Notes: a model not told the origin generated them from the letters alone. A DNA stretch of 54,170 bases, filler included, from Jimgerdemannia flammicorona (GCA_003990765.1; 2 parts of 2 records of this genome joined end to end with filler, not necessarily neighbours in it); one strand, 5' to 3'; counted from the whole stretch's first letter, positions 25,994 through 39,700 are shown. A program made the numbers and translations.

Positions 25994-26452
25994 TGTGATG
26001 GTACAGCCAGATTTGGAAGAAGGAAATAGGGAATAGATACTTAATCGCACCCATTCCCAAAGTAGTATAGCATTATAGTTAGCAGTCCTCGATTTCGACA
26101 TTGTCTAAATTCTTAGACATTATCCAAATTGGATACCCCGATTTAGTATAGTATTTAGACATTGTCCAAATGTTTCAACAAAGTCCAAATGACTCATTTA
26201 TTATTTAGCCACCCTCTCATAGCTAACAAACTTGTATAAATAACCCAGTATCTTCGAGTGAATAAACCTCAGATCGAAATAGTTCAAAAGCAAAGAGATA
26301 GCAAAGGAACTAGTAAGTTTGTGGGCAGATACACTTCGAACTCACCCACTCTCCCCTGCAACTTCAAGAGACTCTGTAAGAGTCAGAACAGTCAAGTTTT
26401 CAAGATACAGAAATCCAACGTACTTTCAAGAGTAAGCGTCCACTACATTACA
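25994..26452 (+). mobile_element. 5' LTR (459 bp) of a relatively young LTR retrotransposon
   Basis: TGTGATG...CATTACA inverted termini, short gacattgtccaaat-like repeats in U3, TATAAATA (~26235) and AATAAA (26261). It is followed after 3 nt by TGGTGTCC (putative PBS, 26456) and a gag ORF. Confidence 0.8.
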
Positions 26453-26566
26453 ACTTGGTGTCCATTGGCTGGTGATTCAAGATGAATCCCTCACTTTCAA
26501 GCTGAACAATGAACAACTGCCACTACCTGAACAACCATACAAACTGAGCCCCAATATCCAGACAAG

Positions 26567-26920
26567 ATGGATATAAGACCACCAATATTCCATAGATATA
26601 CCTCAGATGAATCAATCATCACCTTCATTGATAATTTCGAGCAGTATGCTGCCATAAGGACTCTGACAGCAGCACAGCAAGTAGCCCTCATGCCCTTTAG
26701 CCTACGAGGCCCTGCCAGAGCAGCATTCACAGCTGCAACCCATGCAGGAAATGATGCTGATGCCATACTGACGGCACAGAAGACCTAGCTCCGAAACACA
26801 TATTACACAGATGAGATCAAGCAAGCCCTGAAGGATCAGCTTAACACAACATGCCAAGGAATGAGCGAGGACCCAAACACATTCTATACCAGAATTCGAT
26901 ACAGTATGTTCCAAAACTGA
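26567..26920 (+). pseudogene. gag: Truncated retrotransposon gag (capsid-like)
   Basis: MDIRPPIFHRYTSDESIITFIDNFEQYA...FSLRGPARAAF...KT*LRNTYY...LNTTCQGMSEDPNTFYTRI, a typical Ty3-type gag pattern. One TAG stop (probably from TGG). Ends in AT-rich DNA before the gap. Confidence 0.8.
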
Positions 26921-27038
26921 ACCAATGTTTTATTAAATTTTATATTTTAATTATTTAAATAAAAATACTCTAAATAAATATATTTTATATTATAATATAT
27001 TATAGTTTTATATTAGAGATATTTAAAAATATTAAATT

Positions 27039-27138
27039 NNNNNNNNNNNNNNNNNNNNNNNNNNNNNNNNNNNNNNNNNNNNTTAATTAATTAANNNNNN
27101 NNNNNNNNNNNNNNNNNNNNNNNNNNNNNNNNNNNNNN
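27039..27138. other. Assembly gap with artificial TTAATTAATTAA linker
   Basis: 44 N + TTAATTAATTAA + 44 N = exactly 100 nt, with stop codons in all six frames. Confidence 0.97.
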
Positions 27139-27169
27139 AAAAAAAAAAAAAAAAAAAATAGAAAATTTT

Positions 27170-28477
27170 TGAGGCATCAGTTGCAGAGACGTGAGACATT
27201 CACTCAAAATATCTAAAGAATAAAAAATAAAAAAGAGAATATTAAGGCTTCAGTTACAGAGACATTCACTCGAAATATCTAAAGAATAAAAAGTAAAAAA
27301 GAGAATATTAAGGCTTCAGTTACAGAGAATATTTAAAGAATAAAAAATAAAAATAGAATATTAAGGCTTTAGTCATAGAGACATTTATCCAAAATATCCA
27401 AAGATAAAAAATAAAAAAGGCTTTGGTCACAGAGACATTCATCCAAAATATCCAAAAGAATAAAAAATAAAAAAGAGGATATTAAGGCTTCAGTCACAGA
27501 GACATTCACCCAAAATATCCAAAGAATAAAAATAAAAAAGGTTTCAGTCACAGAGACATTCAACAGGAAAGAAGATATTAAGGCTTTAGTCACAGAGATA
27601 TTCACCTGAAATATCCAAAAGAATAAAAAATAAAAAAGAGGATATTAAGGCTTCAGTCACAGAGACATTCACCCAAAATATCCAAAGAATAAAAATAAAA
27701 AAGGCTTTGATCACAGAGATATTCACCAGGAAAGAAGATATTAAGACTTCAGTCACAGAGACATTTACCCGAAATATTCAAAAGAATAAAAAATAAAAAA
27801 GAGGATATTAAGACTTCAGTCACAGAGACATTCACCCAAAATATCCAAAGAATAAAAATAAAAAAGGCTTTGGTCACAGAGACATTCACCAGAAAAGAAG
27901 ATATTAAGGCTTCAGTCACAGAGACATTCACCCGAAATATCCAAAAGAATAAAAAATAAAAAAGAGGATATTAAGGCTTCAGTTACAGAGACATTCACCC
28001 GAAATATCCAAAAGAATAAAATATAAAAAAGAGGATATTAAGGCTTCAGTCACAGAGACATTCACTTAAAATATCCAAAGAATTAAAATAAAAAAGGCTT
28101 TGGTCACAGAGATGTTTACCAGGAAAGCAGATATTAAGGCTTCAGTCACAGAGACATTCACCTGAAATATCCAAAAGAATAAAAAATAAAAAAGAGGATA
28201 TTAAGACTTCAGTCACAGAGATATTCACCCAAAATATCCAAAGAATAAAAATAAAAAAGGCTTCAGTCACAGAGATGTTCACCAGGAAAGAAGATATTAA
28301 GGCTTCAGTCACAGAGACATTTACCCGAAATATCCAAAAGAATAAAAAATAAAAAAGAGAATATTAAGGCTTTAGTCACAGAGACATTCACCCAAAATAT
28401 TCAAAGAATAAAAATAAAAAAGCTTTGGTCACAGAGACATTTACCTGAAATATCCAAAAGAATAAAAATAAAAAAGA
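27170..28477. repeat. Satellite array with 163-bp higher-order unit (67+54+42 bp subunits), left part
   Basis: The core aaggcttcagtcacagagacattcac recurs at starts 27421, 27488, 27542, 27584, 27651, 27705, giving spacings of 67/54/42 repeated. Confidence 0.92.
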
Positions 28478-31400
28478 TGCTCTGTCCAGTACCATTCAGG
28501 TTACACAACCTTTAGAAGGCACTTACAATATCATTTTTGGAGAAAAGAGACTAACAACATGGTGACCAACAGGTAATCTGAGGTGCGTACTGGGTAGGGC
28601 AGCCCAAGCACTTTTGAATAGCAGCAGGTGGAAAGGGGCCTGAGCCTGGAGGGGGGTATGAGGGGGCTGCTGGCAGGAGGATGTGGAAGAGGTGGAGGTC
28701 TTGGTGGCGGACAAGGGTCTGGGAGAGCAAGCTTTGCAGAGATGGTGAAGGGGAGGCAGCAGGTGTCAGGGCTGGAGTGCTGGCTGAGGAGGGGCAAGGA
28801 GACCAAGAAGGCAGCAGCACATGGGGGAGTAGCCCTTGGAAAGGTGAGCAGTAGAGCTGGGGGAGTAGTGGCTGGGGGGAGTGTAACTGCTGATAGTGAC
28901 AGGACTGCTAATCTGGAAAAAAATCCAGATGTGATGGTGGTTGGTGAGGCTGAGCAGCTGAGGCTTGGAAGACAAGGAAATTTGGCAGATAGTGTAACAG
29001 GCCTGGTAGTGGCCCCATTACTCAAAAAATCAATCTCAGCATTCGCGGTTACACTGTGCGTCTGGGGCTTAGTGGTGACAGTGAAAATGGTACTGGGGCT
29101 TATCGCTAAGCAGGTGGCAGGAGCTATATCAGTGAAGTTTTTGAAGAGACTAGAGGGTGTGGAGGTGGGTTTTGAGGAGGCCAAGCTACTAGAGGAGGCA
29201 TTGAAGGTTGGGTTTGTGGTTGGGGAGATATGTATGTGTTCCGATGACAAGGTGTCTGAAATGGGATCCAAGAGTGGCCCAACTGCTGGTGAAAGGAGTG
29301 CCCATAGTGACAGTGATGGAGATGAGAAAGACAGTTGAGGATATCATGGCAGAGTATGGAGAGGTGGTGGATATCAGATTCAGGGTCTGGGAAGGGACCT
29401 CACTCAGGACTGGGGACATGGATGTGAGGATTTGGCTGGCTGAGAAAGAAGCTACTGAGAAGGCAAGGGACTGGCCTGTGGTGATGGTCTGGAGAGTGAT
29501 CTTGTGCAAGGTGATGAGGGTAAAAGGAAGTGAGGAGGAGGAAGAGGATTTATTGGAAGCACTGGAAGAATTGGATGGTGCTGTGGAGTAGTGAGCAAAG
29601 GCTTGAAAGGCTTTCGTGGAGTTGATGCATCTGGAGGTAGTGGATGGAGAGAGGATTCAAGTGGACAAGGTGCAGTGGGAAAGGGCTCAGGGGTATAAGA
29701 GACAGAAGGATCTGCTGGCTAAACTGAGGAGCAGACTACTGAAGGATGTGAGCCAGATGATGGGTGTGGAAGGGGCCAAAGTGAGTGTCTGGGCTGACGA
29801 GAGGAGTGGGAATGCCAGGGAGGAGAAAGGGAAGGCAAAGGAGGTGAAGACTATTGACCCATATGCTGATGGCACCTTGGAGGTTTGGGATGAGATCTGG
29901 GAGGATTCCCCCACTCCTTCTCCCCTAATCAGGCAAGGCCTGGTTTCCAGAAACAAGATGGTGGAGGATGTGATAATGTGGGAGACCCAGCAGGTGAAAT
30001 TCGGCATTCCAGAGGTGATGAATGGGGGACATAGGGTGGCAGCCAGGGAGGAGGAACTGGTGGATGTTCCAGAGGTGTAGGATGAGGCTGCGAGTGCTGG
30101 AGCTAACACCATAATGCTGGATGGAGGGAGGTCAGCGACCCCTGGAGGGAAGGAGGTGGGGAACCTACTTTGGATGTGCAGGATGATGAATAACCTGGCA
30201 GCGGAAGAGTTGGGGGAGGTGGACTTGTGAGTGATGAGAGATGAGCACTAGACATGGATTTTGAAGGGAGATGGAGTGATGTTGGCACTGAAGGCAGATA
30301 TTCTCATAGTGTATCTGGAGGAGGAAGGGTATGAGGTGGACCAGGAGCAGGAGGTGGAGATGGCGATTGTCACTGGAGAGAGAGTGGAGTACTGTTGGAA
30401 CAAGCATCATGGATTGCAGCTTTGGCAGGAGGCTTGCATCAAGTACTGGGAGGAGTTTGAGGAGAAGGCAGATGGGGAGATGAATGAGCTGTTGGCTGGA
30501 TTAGAGGCTCAGAGGGCTGAATAGGAGAAGGTGATGGCAGAACATAGTCTTGATATGGCACAAGAGGTGATGAGCATGGAGCAGTAGAGATTGACTGATA
30601 ATAAATCATAATTCATTATGAACAGTACAACCAATATTCTTTCTTTGAACGTGAATAGGCTATAGGGCACTGTTAGACATAGGAACATTTTTATTTGGCT
30701 GAAGGGATTGGAGGCCGATCTCTTCCTCTTGCAGGATGTCAGATGTGAGGATGACTCTAATAGGATGGAATTGACAAAGGAATGGGGTGGCATGGCAATT
30801 TGGAATGGCAAGGTCAGGATTCTGATTTGAAAGGGCAGAGGGGAGATAAGAGATGTGAGGAGCTGGGGGGAGAGGCTGGTCTGGGGTGATTGGATTCGTG
30901 CAGGCTGGAAGCCAGTTACAGTTGGCACCTGTTACTGCTCTGCCATTAGGAGAGAGTGTATAGATTGGGTGAAGGGTCTTCAGGAGAGTGGGATCCTGGC
31001 AGAGGCTGGAGTGGATATGCTGGGGGGTGATTTCAATATGGTTTGAGACATACAGATGAATAGAACTGATGGAGGATGGGGTGCTGAGTGCAGGAGTAGG
31101 GGGCTGGTGATGTGGGAGGAAGTCAAAAGACTAGGAGCACTGGTAGATGCTGGTAGAGAGTACTGGGGGGATAGGAGGGTATATACACATTGGGCTGGAG
31201 ACTTGGGGACAAGGATCGACTGGATTCTGATGGCCAACTATTGGGGCCAAGATGTTTGGAAGTTGCTGGAGATAGAATGGTGTCCATGGTTGGATCACTG
31301 GGGCCTTTTGGGACAGGGGTACTTTGGGGGAAGTGGGGATGGGCCTGGACATTGGCGCCTAAATTCCTCCTTGCTAGAAGATGAGTCTCGGTGAGAGGAG

Positions 31401-34348
31401 TGGGCTAGAGACATTCAGCTGAGGGTGGAGACCTGGAGGCAGAAAGGTGCCTCAATTGGGGCTTAGTGGATGAGGTTGAAAGAGATGGCCAGGATATACT
31501 GGAGTGAGGCTGGCAAGGAGGCAGGGAAGCAGCGAAGGCAGAGAGTGCATTGGGCTTACTAGATTGGCTAGGCTTCTGGAGGAGTGGGCAAGACTGGCAA
31601 TGGCAGGGGGAGAAGAAGATTAGAGAGTATTGAGGACAAAGATGGAGGTTGGGAAACTACAACAGGTGCTGTGGGAAGAGGAAGAGGCAAAGGTACAAAG
31701 CTTAGTGGCACGGCTTCATTGGCAGGGGCTGGAGGAAGGGGAGAGGCCTTCCAAGTTTCTCATGAGGACCTTAGGGCAAGAAGGGTACAGCAATGGTGGG
31801 AAGGGGTGCTTGACTTGGATGGTGTACTAGTGTATGGTGTACAGGATATTCTTGGATCACTAAAGGAGTGATGGAGTGGATTGTGGAGTGAGGAGGAGGG
31901 TGGGGCAGATGTTACTACCATTGAACGAACATTGGAGAATTGGCATCCACCATAGGTTGTGGGAATAGGTAACCTGGTGATGCCTATAAAGGAGGATGAG
32001 ATCCACCAGGTTCTTGCTACGACAGCCTTGGGTACAGCACTTGGGGAGGATGGTCTACCCTGGGACTTCTGGAAGTGAATGGTTAGTGTCCCAGGTGTGA
32101 TGGGAGAGTTGATGGCATTGTGTAACTCTATATTGCAGACAGGGAGATGGGTGGGGGAACAGGATCTTGGGCTGGTGATACTGCTTTATAAGAATAAAGG
32201 GAGGTGATAGGATTGAAAGAACTGGCAGCCAATAATGTTACTAGATATGGACAGAAAGTTGATGACTAAGGTGGTGGTTGCGAGGCTACAGAAGGTAGCC
32301 CAGTAAGTTATAGGTGTTGAGCAGAGGGGATTTGTGAGTGGTTGGCTCATTAGAGATGGCACAGCCTGGGTACATAGAGTTATTGAAGGGGCTAGAGCCT
32401 GTGGACTGGATGGACATCTAGTCTTCTTGGACCAGGAGAAGGCTTATGACTGAGTGTGACAAGTCTGGCTAGTGAAAGTATTGAATAGAGTGGGGGTTCC
32501 GATCCCATTTCAGTCAGCAATGATCAGCCTACTGCAAGGGAGTAGGGCTGCACTCATATGTAATGGACATAGAGAGGTAGCATTCCCTCTGGGTAGGGGG
32601 GTGCCCCAGGGGGACCCACTGTCCCCCATCTTGTATGCTCTTTCCCTGGAACCCCTAATGGACAGAATTAGGTGGAGGATAGTGGAGCTCTCTATCTATG
32701 GCATTGGGTGGAATGTTGGGGCCTTTGTGGATGATATGGTGGTTGGTTTGGGATTGATTGCTGATGTTGAGGAGCTCAAGAAGACAGTGGAGTGGTATGA
32801 GGAGAACTCTGGGGTGAAGCTGAATTGGTACAAGTGTGAAACAATGGTGCTAGGCAACAGCCTGGTGGAAGGAGAAGTTATAGGAACAATTGTCCCTACC
32901 GGTAAGATAGTACAGTACTTAGGCATCTATTTGTCAGTCTATGGGTCAGTTCTGCCAAGGCTTTGGTGAGAGCAGTGAATTGGAATTTGGGAGGAGGCCC
33001 TGCAGGGTTGGGGGAGAAGTCACTTTTCTCTGGCAGAATGGGTCTCATTTTTGAATGTCTATTGGCTGCCAAAGCTGTGATATTTGGCCTATCATCTGGA
33101 CTTCCTAGCCTGGGTGGTGAAGAGATTGGTGAAGGTAGCCAAGGGATGAATTTGGGCTGGCATATGGAGCCAGATTGGTTGGGAGACCTTGTCCCTACTA
33201 GTGGTAAGAGGTGGTCTTGGGCTGGTGGACTTTCCCAAATGACTACACTGCTTGAGGGCATGGTGGCTTAAGAGGGCAGTGGAGTTGCGAGGAGGGGGTT
33301 GGGTTCCCCTGCTGCAGAAGGTCTGGGAGAGGCAGACATTACTGAGAGGCTCAACTGGTGATCTTCTCTCATTGATTGGACTTCAGAACACTGCACAATT
33401 ATGATATAAAGGTTTCTAGTGGGGGATAGTGAAGGGGGCACACTGCATTGGTATTTGCTGGCAGGGGAATGAGGGGGAGGAGGCTTGGGACCCAGCAATG
33501 TAGAGATGGGATGACATACTGCTGGGCAGTGTGCCTTTACTTGAGTTCGACATTGGTGATAGAATAGAATGCCAGAGGGGACCAGGCCAGAATCTGTGGC
33601 CTAGCAGTTGGCAAGGAGTTGGAATTGGAGAAGAGTGGGACTGGTACGGTGTTTGGATCTGGAGTACTGCAGTATGCAAATAGATGCCACCAAAGTACTG
33701 AGTGGTCTGGTGGTGCATGCTGAGGAGGAATGTAATGTTCAATTTCTGCTCAGGGCACCTTATCATAGGGGGCTGCTTTGACTGTAAGGAGTGCCACAAT
33801 GTAGGGCAGGAAGGGGGTTTTGTACAGACATCAGAACATTGGCTAAGAGAGTGTGAGTTGTTGGGAGACTTTTGGCAGGTCATCAGAGACCACTTGGGAG
33901 TGAGGCATAGGAGAGATGACATACAGGGGAGGTGGGAGGACTTGAGGGATCAGTTGGTAGGAGGGGTAGAAAAAGAGTAGATTACCTTAGGTTGGGCATT
34001 GGCTATTTGGGTTGGGCTGACTGGTCACTGGCTATTTGTTTTTGAGGATGAGAGGCAACAGAGCTTGAGGAGCCGGTTGTCGCAGTGGCAGAGACTTATA
34101 GAGGACACCTTGACAGGCTGGTGGCTTGGTTGGGGGCTGCAGGGGGGTCAGAGGCACCCTTGGTGGAGAAAATCTATGGACAGAGCAGTGGGAGAGTGGG
34201 AGTCATTGGTGAGAGGGTGATCTTTATTTGTGATGGGTGGGGAAGGGCTCTCCTATGGGGATTGGATAGTAGGTGGTGATATTGTATACTTATTCATAAA
34301 CTGGTAATAAAGACAGAGTCCAAGTGACTATAAAAAAAAAAAAATAAA
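28478..34348 (+). mobile_element. Full-length L1/Tx1-clade LINE (~5.9 kb), inactivated; ORF1 ~28658-30590, ORF2 ~30618-34220
   Basis: 17-bp TSD AATAAAAATAAAAAAGA at 28461-28477 and 34349-34365, and a 3' poly-A. ORF2 APE endonuclease motifs: ILSLNVN, LGGDFNMV, YTHW..TRIDWIL, GPGHWRLNSSLL. RT motifs: GEDGLP, KNWQPIMLL, FLDQEKAYD, GVPQGDPLSPILY, AFVDD. C-terminal CxxC...EHWLREC finger. Many stops and frameshifts. Confidence 0.95.
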
Positions 34349-34825
34349 AATAAAAATAAAAAAGAGGATATTAAGGCTTCAGTCATAGAGACATTCACCC
34401 AAAATATCCAAAGAATAAAAATAAAAAAGGCTTTGGTCACAGAGATGTTCACCAGAAAAGAAGATATTAAGGCTTCAGTCACAGAGACATTCACCCAAAA
34501 TATCCAAAAGAATAAAAAATAAAAAAGAGGATATTAAGGCTACAGTCACAGAGACGTTCACTAGAAAAGAAGATATTAAGACTTCAGTTTAGAGACATTC
34601 ACCTGAAATATCCAAAAGAATAAAAATAAAATAGAGGATACATATTAAGGCTTCAGTCACAGAGACATTCATCCAAAATATCCAAAGAATAAAAAATAAA
34701 AGAGACTTTGGTCACAGAGATATTCACCAGGAAAGATATTAAGGCTTCTGTTACAAAGACATCCCAAAATATCCAAAAGAATAAAAAATAAAAAAGGCTT
34801 TGGTCATAGAGACATTTATCTGAGA
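34349..34825. repeat. Right part of the same satellite array (split by the LINE)
   Basis: The same gtcacagagacattcac-core subunits resume in register after the LINE TSD. Confidence 0.9.
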
Positions 34826-35089
34826 ATATATATATCTCATCTATTTTTTTTTTTTTTTTTTTACCCCCTCCATATAATATACCTGAATAGATGGTCTGGT
34901 TATATTGGTCACTCAAGCTGGATGCCTAGTTGGTGCCATGATTGCACTTTGAGACAGGCTTCATTGGGCTGTATTGTCAAAGGTCAACTTCTTTGCAGTT
35001 TGTTTTGTATGGGTCATTTTGGTGCTTGAGCTGGGTTTTGAGAGGGTGAGAGAGATTCATAGTTAGTGGAAGGATCTGATAATGGCAAA

Positions 35090-35700
35090 AAAAGTCAGAC
35101 TTGGTAATGAGCAGTGTGGCTTGAGAGTTTGGACATGCGTTTTATCTGAGTTGGGTATTCAGAGCAGTGTAGATGAGAGTTTGAATGTGTTTTGTCTGAT
35201 TATAAAAACTAACTATAAGTCAGACTTGGTAATGAGCAGTGTAGGTAAGAGTTTGAATGCATTTTGTCTGATTATAAAAACTAACCATAAGTCAGGCTTG
35301 GTAATGAGCAGTGCAGGTGAGAGTTTGAATGTATTTTGTCTAATTATAAAAACTAACCATAAGTCAGGCTTGGCAATGAGCAGTGTGGGTGAGAGTTTGA
35401 ATGCATTTTGTCTAAAGATCTGGTAGTGAGCAGTGCAGGTGAGAGTTTGAATGCATTTTGTCTGAGGATCTGGCAGTGAGCAGTATGGGTGAGAGTTTGA
35501 ATACATTTTGAGAGTTTGGACATAAGGATCTGAGAGTGGTAAAACATTTATATTACTAACTGTAAGTCAGACTTAGCAATGAGCAGTGCTGGTGCATTTT
35601 GTCTGAGGATCCAATAGTGGCAAAAACATTTATGTTACTAACTGTAAGTTGGACTTGACAATGAGCAATGTAGGTGAGAGTTTGAATGTGTTTTGTCTGA
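35090..35700. repeat. Minisatellite with 72-bp then 50-bp units
   Basis: The core gagcagtg..ggtgagagtttgaatgcattttgtct starts at 35162, 35234, 35306, 35378 (72-bp spacing), then 35428 and 35478 (50-bp spacing). Confidence 0.85.
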
Positions 35701-35829
35701 AAGTTGAAATTATATGAGTATTTAACCATGTGGCATAAAATCATTCGCCACACTATTTTCCAATCATTTCAATAGTATATTCTATATAAATTTATTATAA
35801 TTGCTAGTTCAAGATCAAATAATAGTTTA

Positions 35830-36730
35830 GGAGCTATAAAAGGACGCAGATGTACAAAGAAATGCAGAATAGAGTGATGCAAGTGAGTGTGAGTTTATAA
35901 AGTGTGAATATAGAATGGAAGTTCAATAAATCATAGGGTAGAGATATAAAGAATTGCAGGATAGAGATGCAAAGAACTGCATGGCAGAGATACAAAGAAT
36001 CATAGAAGCAGAGAGGCAAAGGGTTGCAGAAGCAGAGAAGCAAAGAATTGCAGGCCAAAGATGTAAGAAATTGCAGAGTATAGAGGTAAAGAATAAAGGA
36101 ACAGAAATGAAAAGAATTACTAGGCTGACCCAGTTCAACACAGTAGCAATCTGATCCAATCTAGCACCTATTTCTTAAATAGTGAACAGAGTACATAGTA
36201 GTAATTGCTATGGCTTGCAGGCTGTAGTAGGGCCTTGTAATATTTGTCCAAGGTTTCATTCTATCTATGAATACGGGTTGGGGCAGAGAGGCAAAGAATT
36301 GTGAGACAGATATATAAAGAACCATGAAGCATAGTAGACAATTGCAGGACTAAAGAAGTAAGAGTTGAGATGCAAGGAATCGCAGAGGCAAAGAGACAGA
36401 TGATTACATAGAAGAGATGTAAGAAAAAATGTGTAGATATATAAAGAGTCACAGGGCAAAGAGGCAAATGATCAGAGATATAAGGAATTTCAGAGGCAGG
36501 GTTAAAGAATCATAAAGACAGAGATATAAAGAGTTAAGATATATAAATAATCATAGAGCAGAAGAATATGAGTTATAATAATGCTCCAAAGAAATACTAG
36601 ATAGTAATATAATTAAATACAGAGGTATAACAGCAAGATAGATATAGAGCAAAGAAGCAAAGATCACAGTAATATAACTGAAGTATAATGAAATATGAGA
36701 TAGAGATACAGAATAAGAGATATAGAAATA
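35830..36730. repeat. Degenerate purine-rich minisatellite (~22-bp, gcagag..agag..aaagaat)
   Basis: Recurrent gcagag/aaagaat motifs with strong A/G strand bias. Confidence 0.55.
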
Positions 36731-36751
36731 GAAGGTTGTTTATATAAAATA

Positions 36752-39700
36752 CTATAAAAGAGTCATGACACTTCCCTCATTAAATGTAGCAACTAAGCTA
36801 TCTGCAAGCTGCTCTCCTATTTTGTAGTTATCTCTAATTTCCAGCATTGGTCCACAGGTATGAGCTACTGGCCAACATGAGCTGGTTATCCCAAAATAGT
36901 AAATGTTAAGCTGTAATCATTTTTGAACTGGAATGTTTCATGCACCACTCCAGAACTGCACCAACTGACTAAGAAGTTGAGGATTATTGGTAGACCATCT
37001 GTGGAGAACCTTCTTGAAAAGCTAGACATAAATACTGATCCTTGTTCCAGGAGCTGAGCATGATGGCCAATCAATTGTATTGGTAACATCTTCCTCACTA
37101 TAGAGAACTGAAGAGTAAAAAAGTTATGCAATTGGTTGAAATCTTTATGGTTGATGAATGAACTTATTGATGAAGTTTCCAACATTGAATCCTGAAACAA
37201 GCTGGTCAAGAGTAGGTTGTCGTTTTCAGATCAGAAGAGTTTTTGTGATCAATGAGAGAACTTTGTTCTTGTCTTCATACTTTAGATTCTGTACATTCTG
37301 ACTGATACTAAGCTCTTCAAAGGCAGATGTCAATCTAGATGAAAATAATTTTTTAAATTAAATAATTTATAATCAAAAAAATATAAAGAAGAATATAAAA
37401 TCTAACTGACTCTAAAGATACAGACCATATCTCCTTTGTTGTTTCAGTAAGGTCTAGTACTCAAAGGAGGAAGCCATATTGCTTACTAAATGACAATACA
37501 TCTTCATGACCAATTGAATTATGGTGAGCATAAAGAAGACAAGCAGGATATAGGCAATTGGGTGCAAGTCTATAGTTGAGAAATGAGGCCACAATAATCC
37601 ATCCTAAGGTCTGATATTCATGCTTGTCAACATTCAAATAACTTTCTGTATGGGAGAAATTTCTCATTGCCTTCCATCAAAGGTGACTGTGGTTCAATAT
37701 AATAGTTTAATGTAATTTGAAAGACTTCTCGTACAACTCCTCTCTGGTCTACTGTAGGTTCATTTATGATGGTAACTTTGACTAAGTAGAGTACATCTGA
37801 GCTAGACTCCAGAGATGAATAAAACTGAAATAAATCTTCAGAAAGTATTGAACGATATACTAAAGTATTTAAAATGAAATGCATGCATATTTAGTATTAA
37901 TATATATATATTTTTTTTTTAAAAAAAAATAATAATAAAAAATCCTAATATTCTATTACCTTGTATATTGTGCAGTGGTCTAGCATCAATAGCCAAATGC
38001 CTTATTGCTTACAGTGAATGTGCCAATAATTCTCCATTATGAGAGCCTACAAGATTGGCAAAAAAGGCTATCTCTTGACTATTGCTCTCAGAGTTAATGC
38101 TTTCTGCAGTATCATACAAGCCCAGAGTTGACAGAGCTGTCAGAAGGTCATCCATCAATGGAAGACTTGGACTAATATATAATTATATATGTGAATAAAT
38201 AATCAATATAATATATAAAATATTATATTATATATAATATCTTATTACCTGAGAGATGATTCAGCAGTTAGATCATTTTTGTCATCAACTACCACCATTG
38301 ATTGCTCAGATTCAGTAGTTTCATCAATACTATATAATTATAAATAATTATTTTATAAATTATATAGATAAGAAAAACTGGTAATTCTTGAAAAATATAT
38401 ATATATCTGACACTAGTATTTCTTGGACAAATAGTTTCATGTAAAGTACATTTCAGAATATTGTAATGTGGCTGATTGCAAAACTTGCAAAGCAGTTCAA
38501 TAAAAGTGATGACTTGATATTAAAATATCAATATTAGAATTAGTCATACAATATATATTATATTATATTACTTATATATATATAATCAATCTTAGCTTTA
38601 AATCAGTAGAGAACTTTAAAACTTACCAGAGTTGTCATTCTCCTCAGATGCAGCAAGTGCAGATGATAAGGGCATTATGGTTCAGATGTCAATATACCAT
38701 TTCTCCTTATCAAAGAAGTGTATCAAGGTCTCAGTATCGAATTTGGTACCAGGTGCATGAAGAGGGTGAAGGTTAGTATGATCCTTGATCTTGACAAAGT
38801 TGTATCCATATATATAGAGGTCCTTGTATTGAAACGAAGTCAATATATGTTCATTGACTGCTGCAGCACTATCACTACGTGGGATAGTAAATGATGAGAT
38901 AATAAACTAATTTTTTTTTTTTTAAAAAAAAAAAGACATATCATATTAGAAAATATTGAAGTTTCACATCAGAACATTAAAATAATATATATATTTACCT
39001 CATTCATACTCAATAGTGTTATATACTTATTTGATATTTTTTCTAGATTATTTTCTAGGATGAGTATTATTTCACTATGGCTTAGACTAAATGGCTTAGA
39101 TGCCATTTCAAGTCACTTCTGCTCTGCCTGAGTTATAGCAGTCTTGATTCGTGATCTTCTACCTTGGTCAACTCTTGTATACTTTCCAGTAGAATTGACA
39201 GTATGACTGTTAAATAAAAATAAAATAAAATCAGTTTTATACATTCAAAATAAGTGAGGCATACTGGTGACAATAAACCTACCTCTGATATGGTATGAAT
39301 GGCCACATTCCAATACTAGTAGATGAAAATGAAGGAATATAATTTCTTCTAATATTTTCAATTTCTGTCAAGCTAAAGTTTAGAGATCCAGTCATATTAC
39401 TCACAATGTTAGTGAGTGGGGTGGAAGTAGATAGTGGATTTGTTGTAGTTGAAGAAGTTGCAAAGGTTGAGCTGACATGTTGTATTTGGCCTGTAGTATT
39501 AGATGGGAGCGATCTGCTTTCTCCACTCATTATATGGAGAGTTTCAACCCGAAAATTGGACTCTCTAATAATTAAGAAAATAATTTAACGGTAGTTAATG
39601 ACTATAGTAGTTTAATGCTTAGCTTAAGTATATAATCATTATAAATATACTTTACATGGAGGTATTACTTACAGCTTGCTGAACAGGTTCACTTTGTTGT

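Noticed and set aside
26456..26475. Assignment of the PBS (TGGTGTCCATTGG) to a specific tRNA or to self-priming
   Set aside because: It cannot be matched confidently without the host tRNA set, and no clear complement was found within the LTR.
27083..27094. Palindromic TTAATTAATTAA between N runs
   Set aside because: Artificial scaffolding linker centred in an exactly 100-nt gap; not biological.
27369..27931. Hydrophobic repeat ORFs (MNVSVTEALISSFL...), also at 34294-34916 and 35082-35547
   Set aside because: Chance translations of tandem-repeat DNA. The 67- and 50-bp units break frame.
27170..28477. Regularly spaced conserved core resembling a CRISPR array
   Set aside because: The intervening sequences are themselves repeated rather than unique spacers, there are no cas genes, and the context is eukaryotic.
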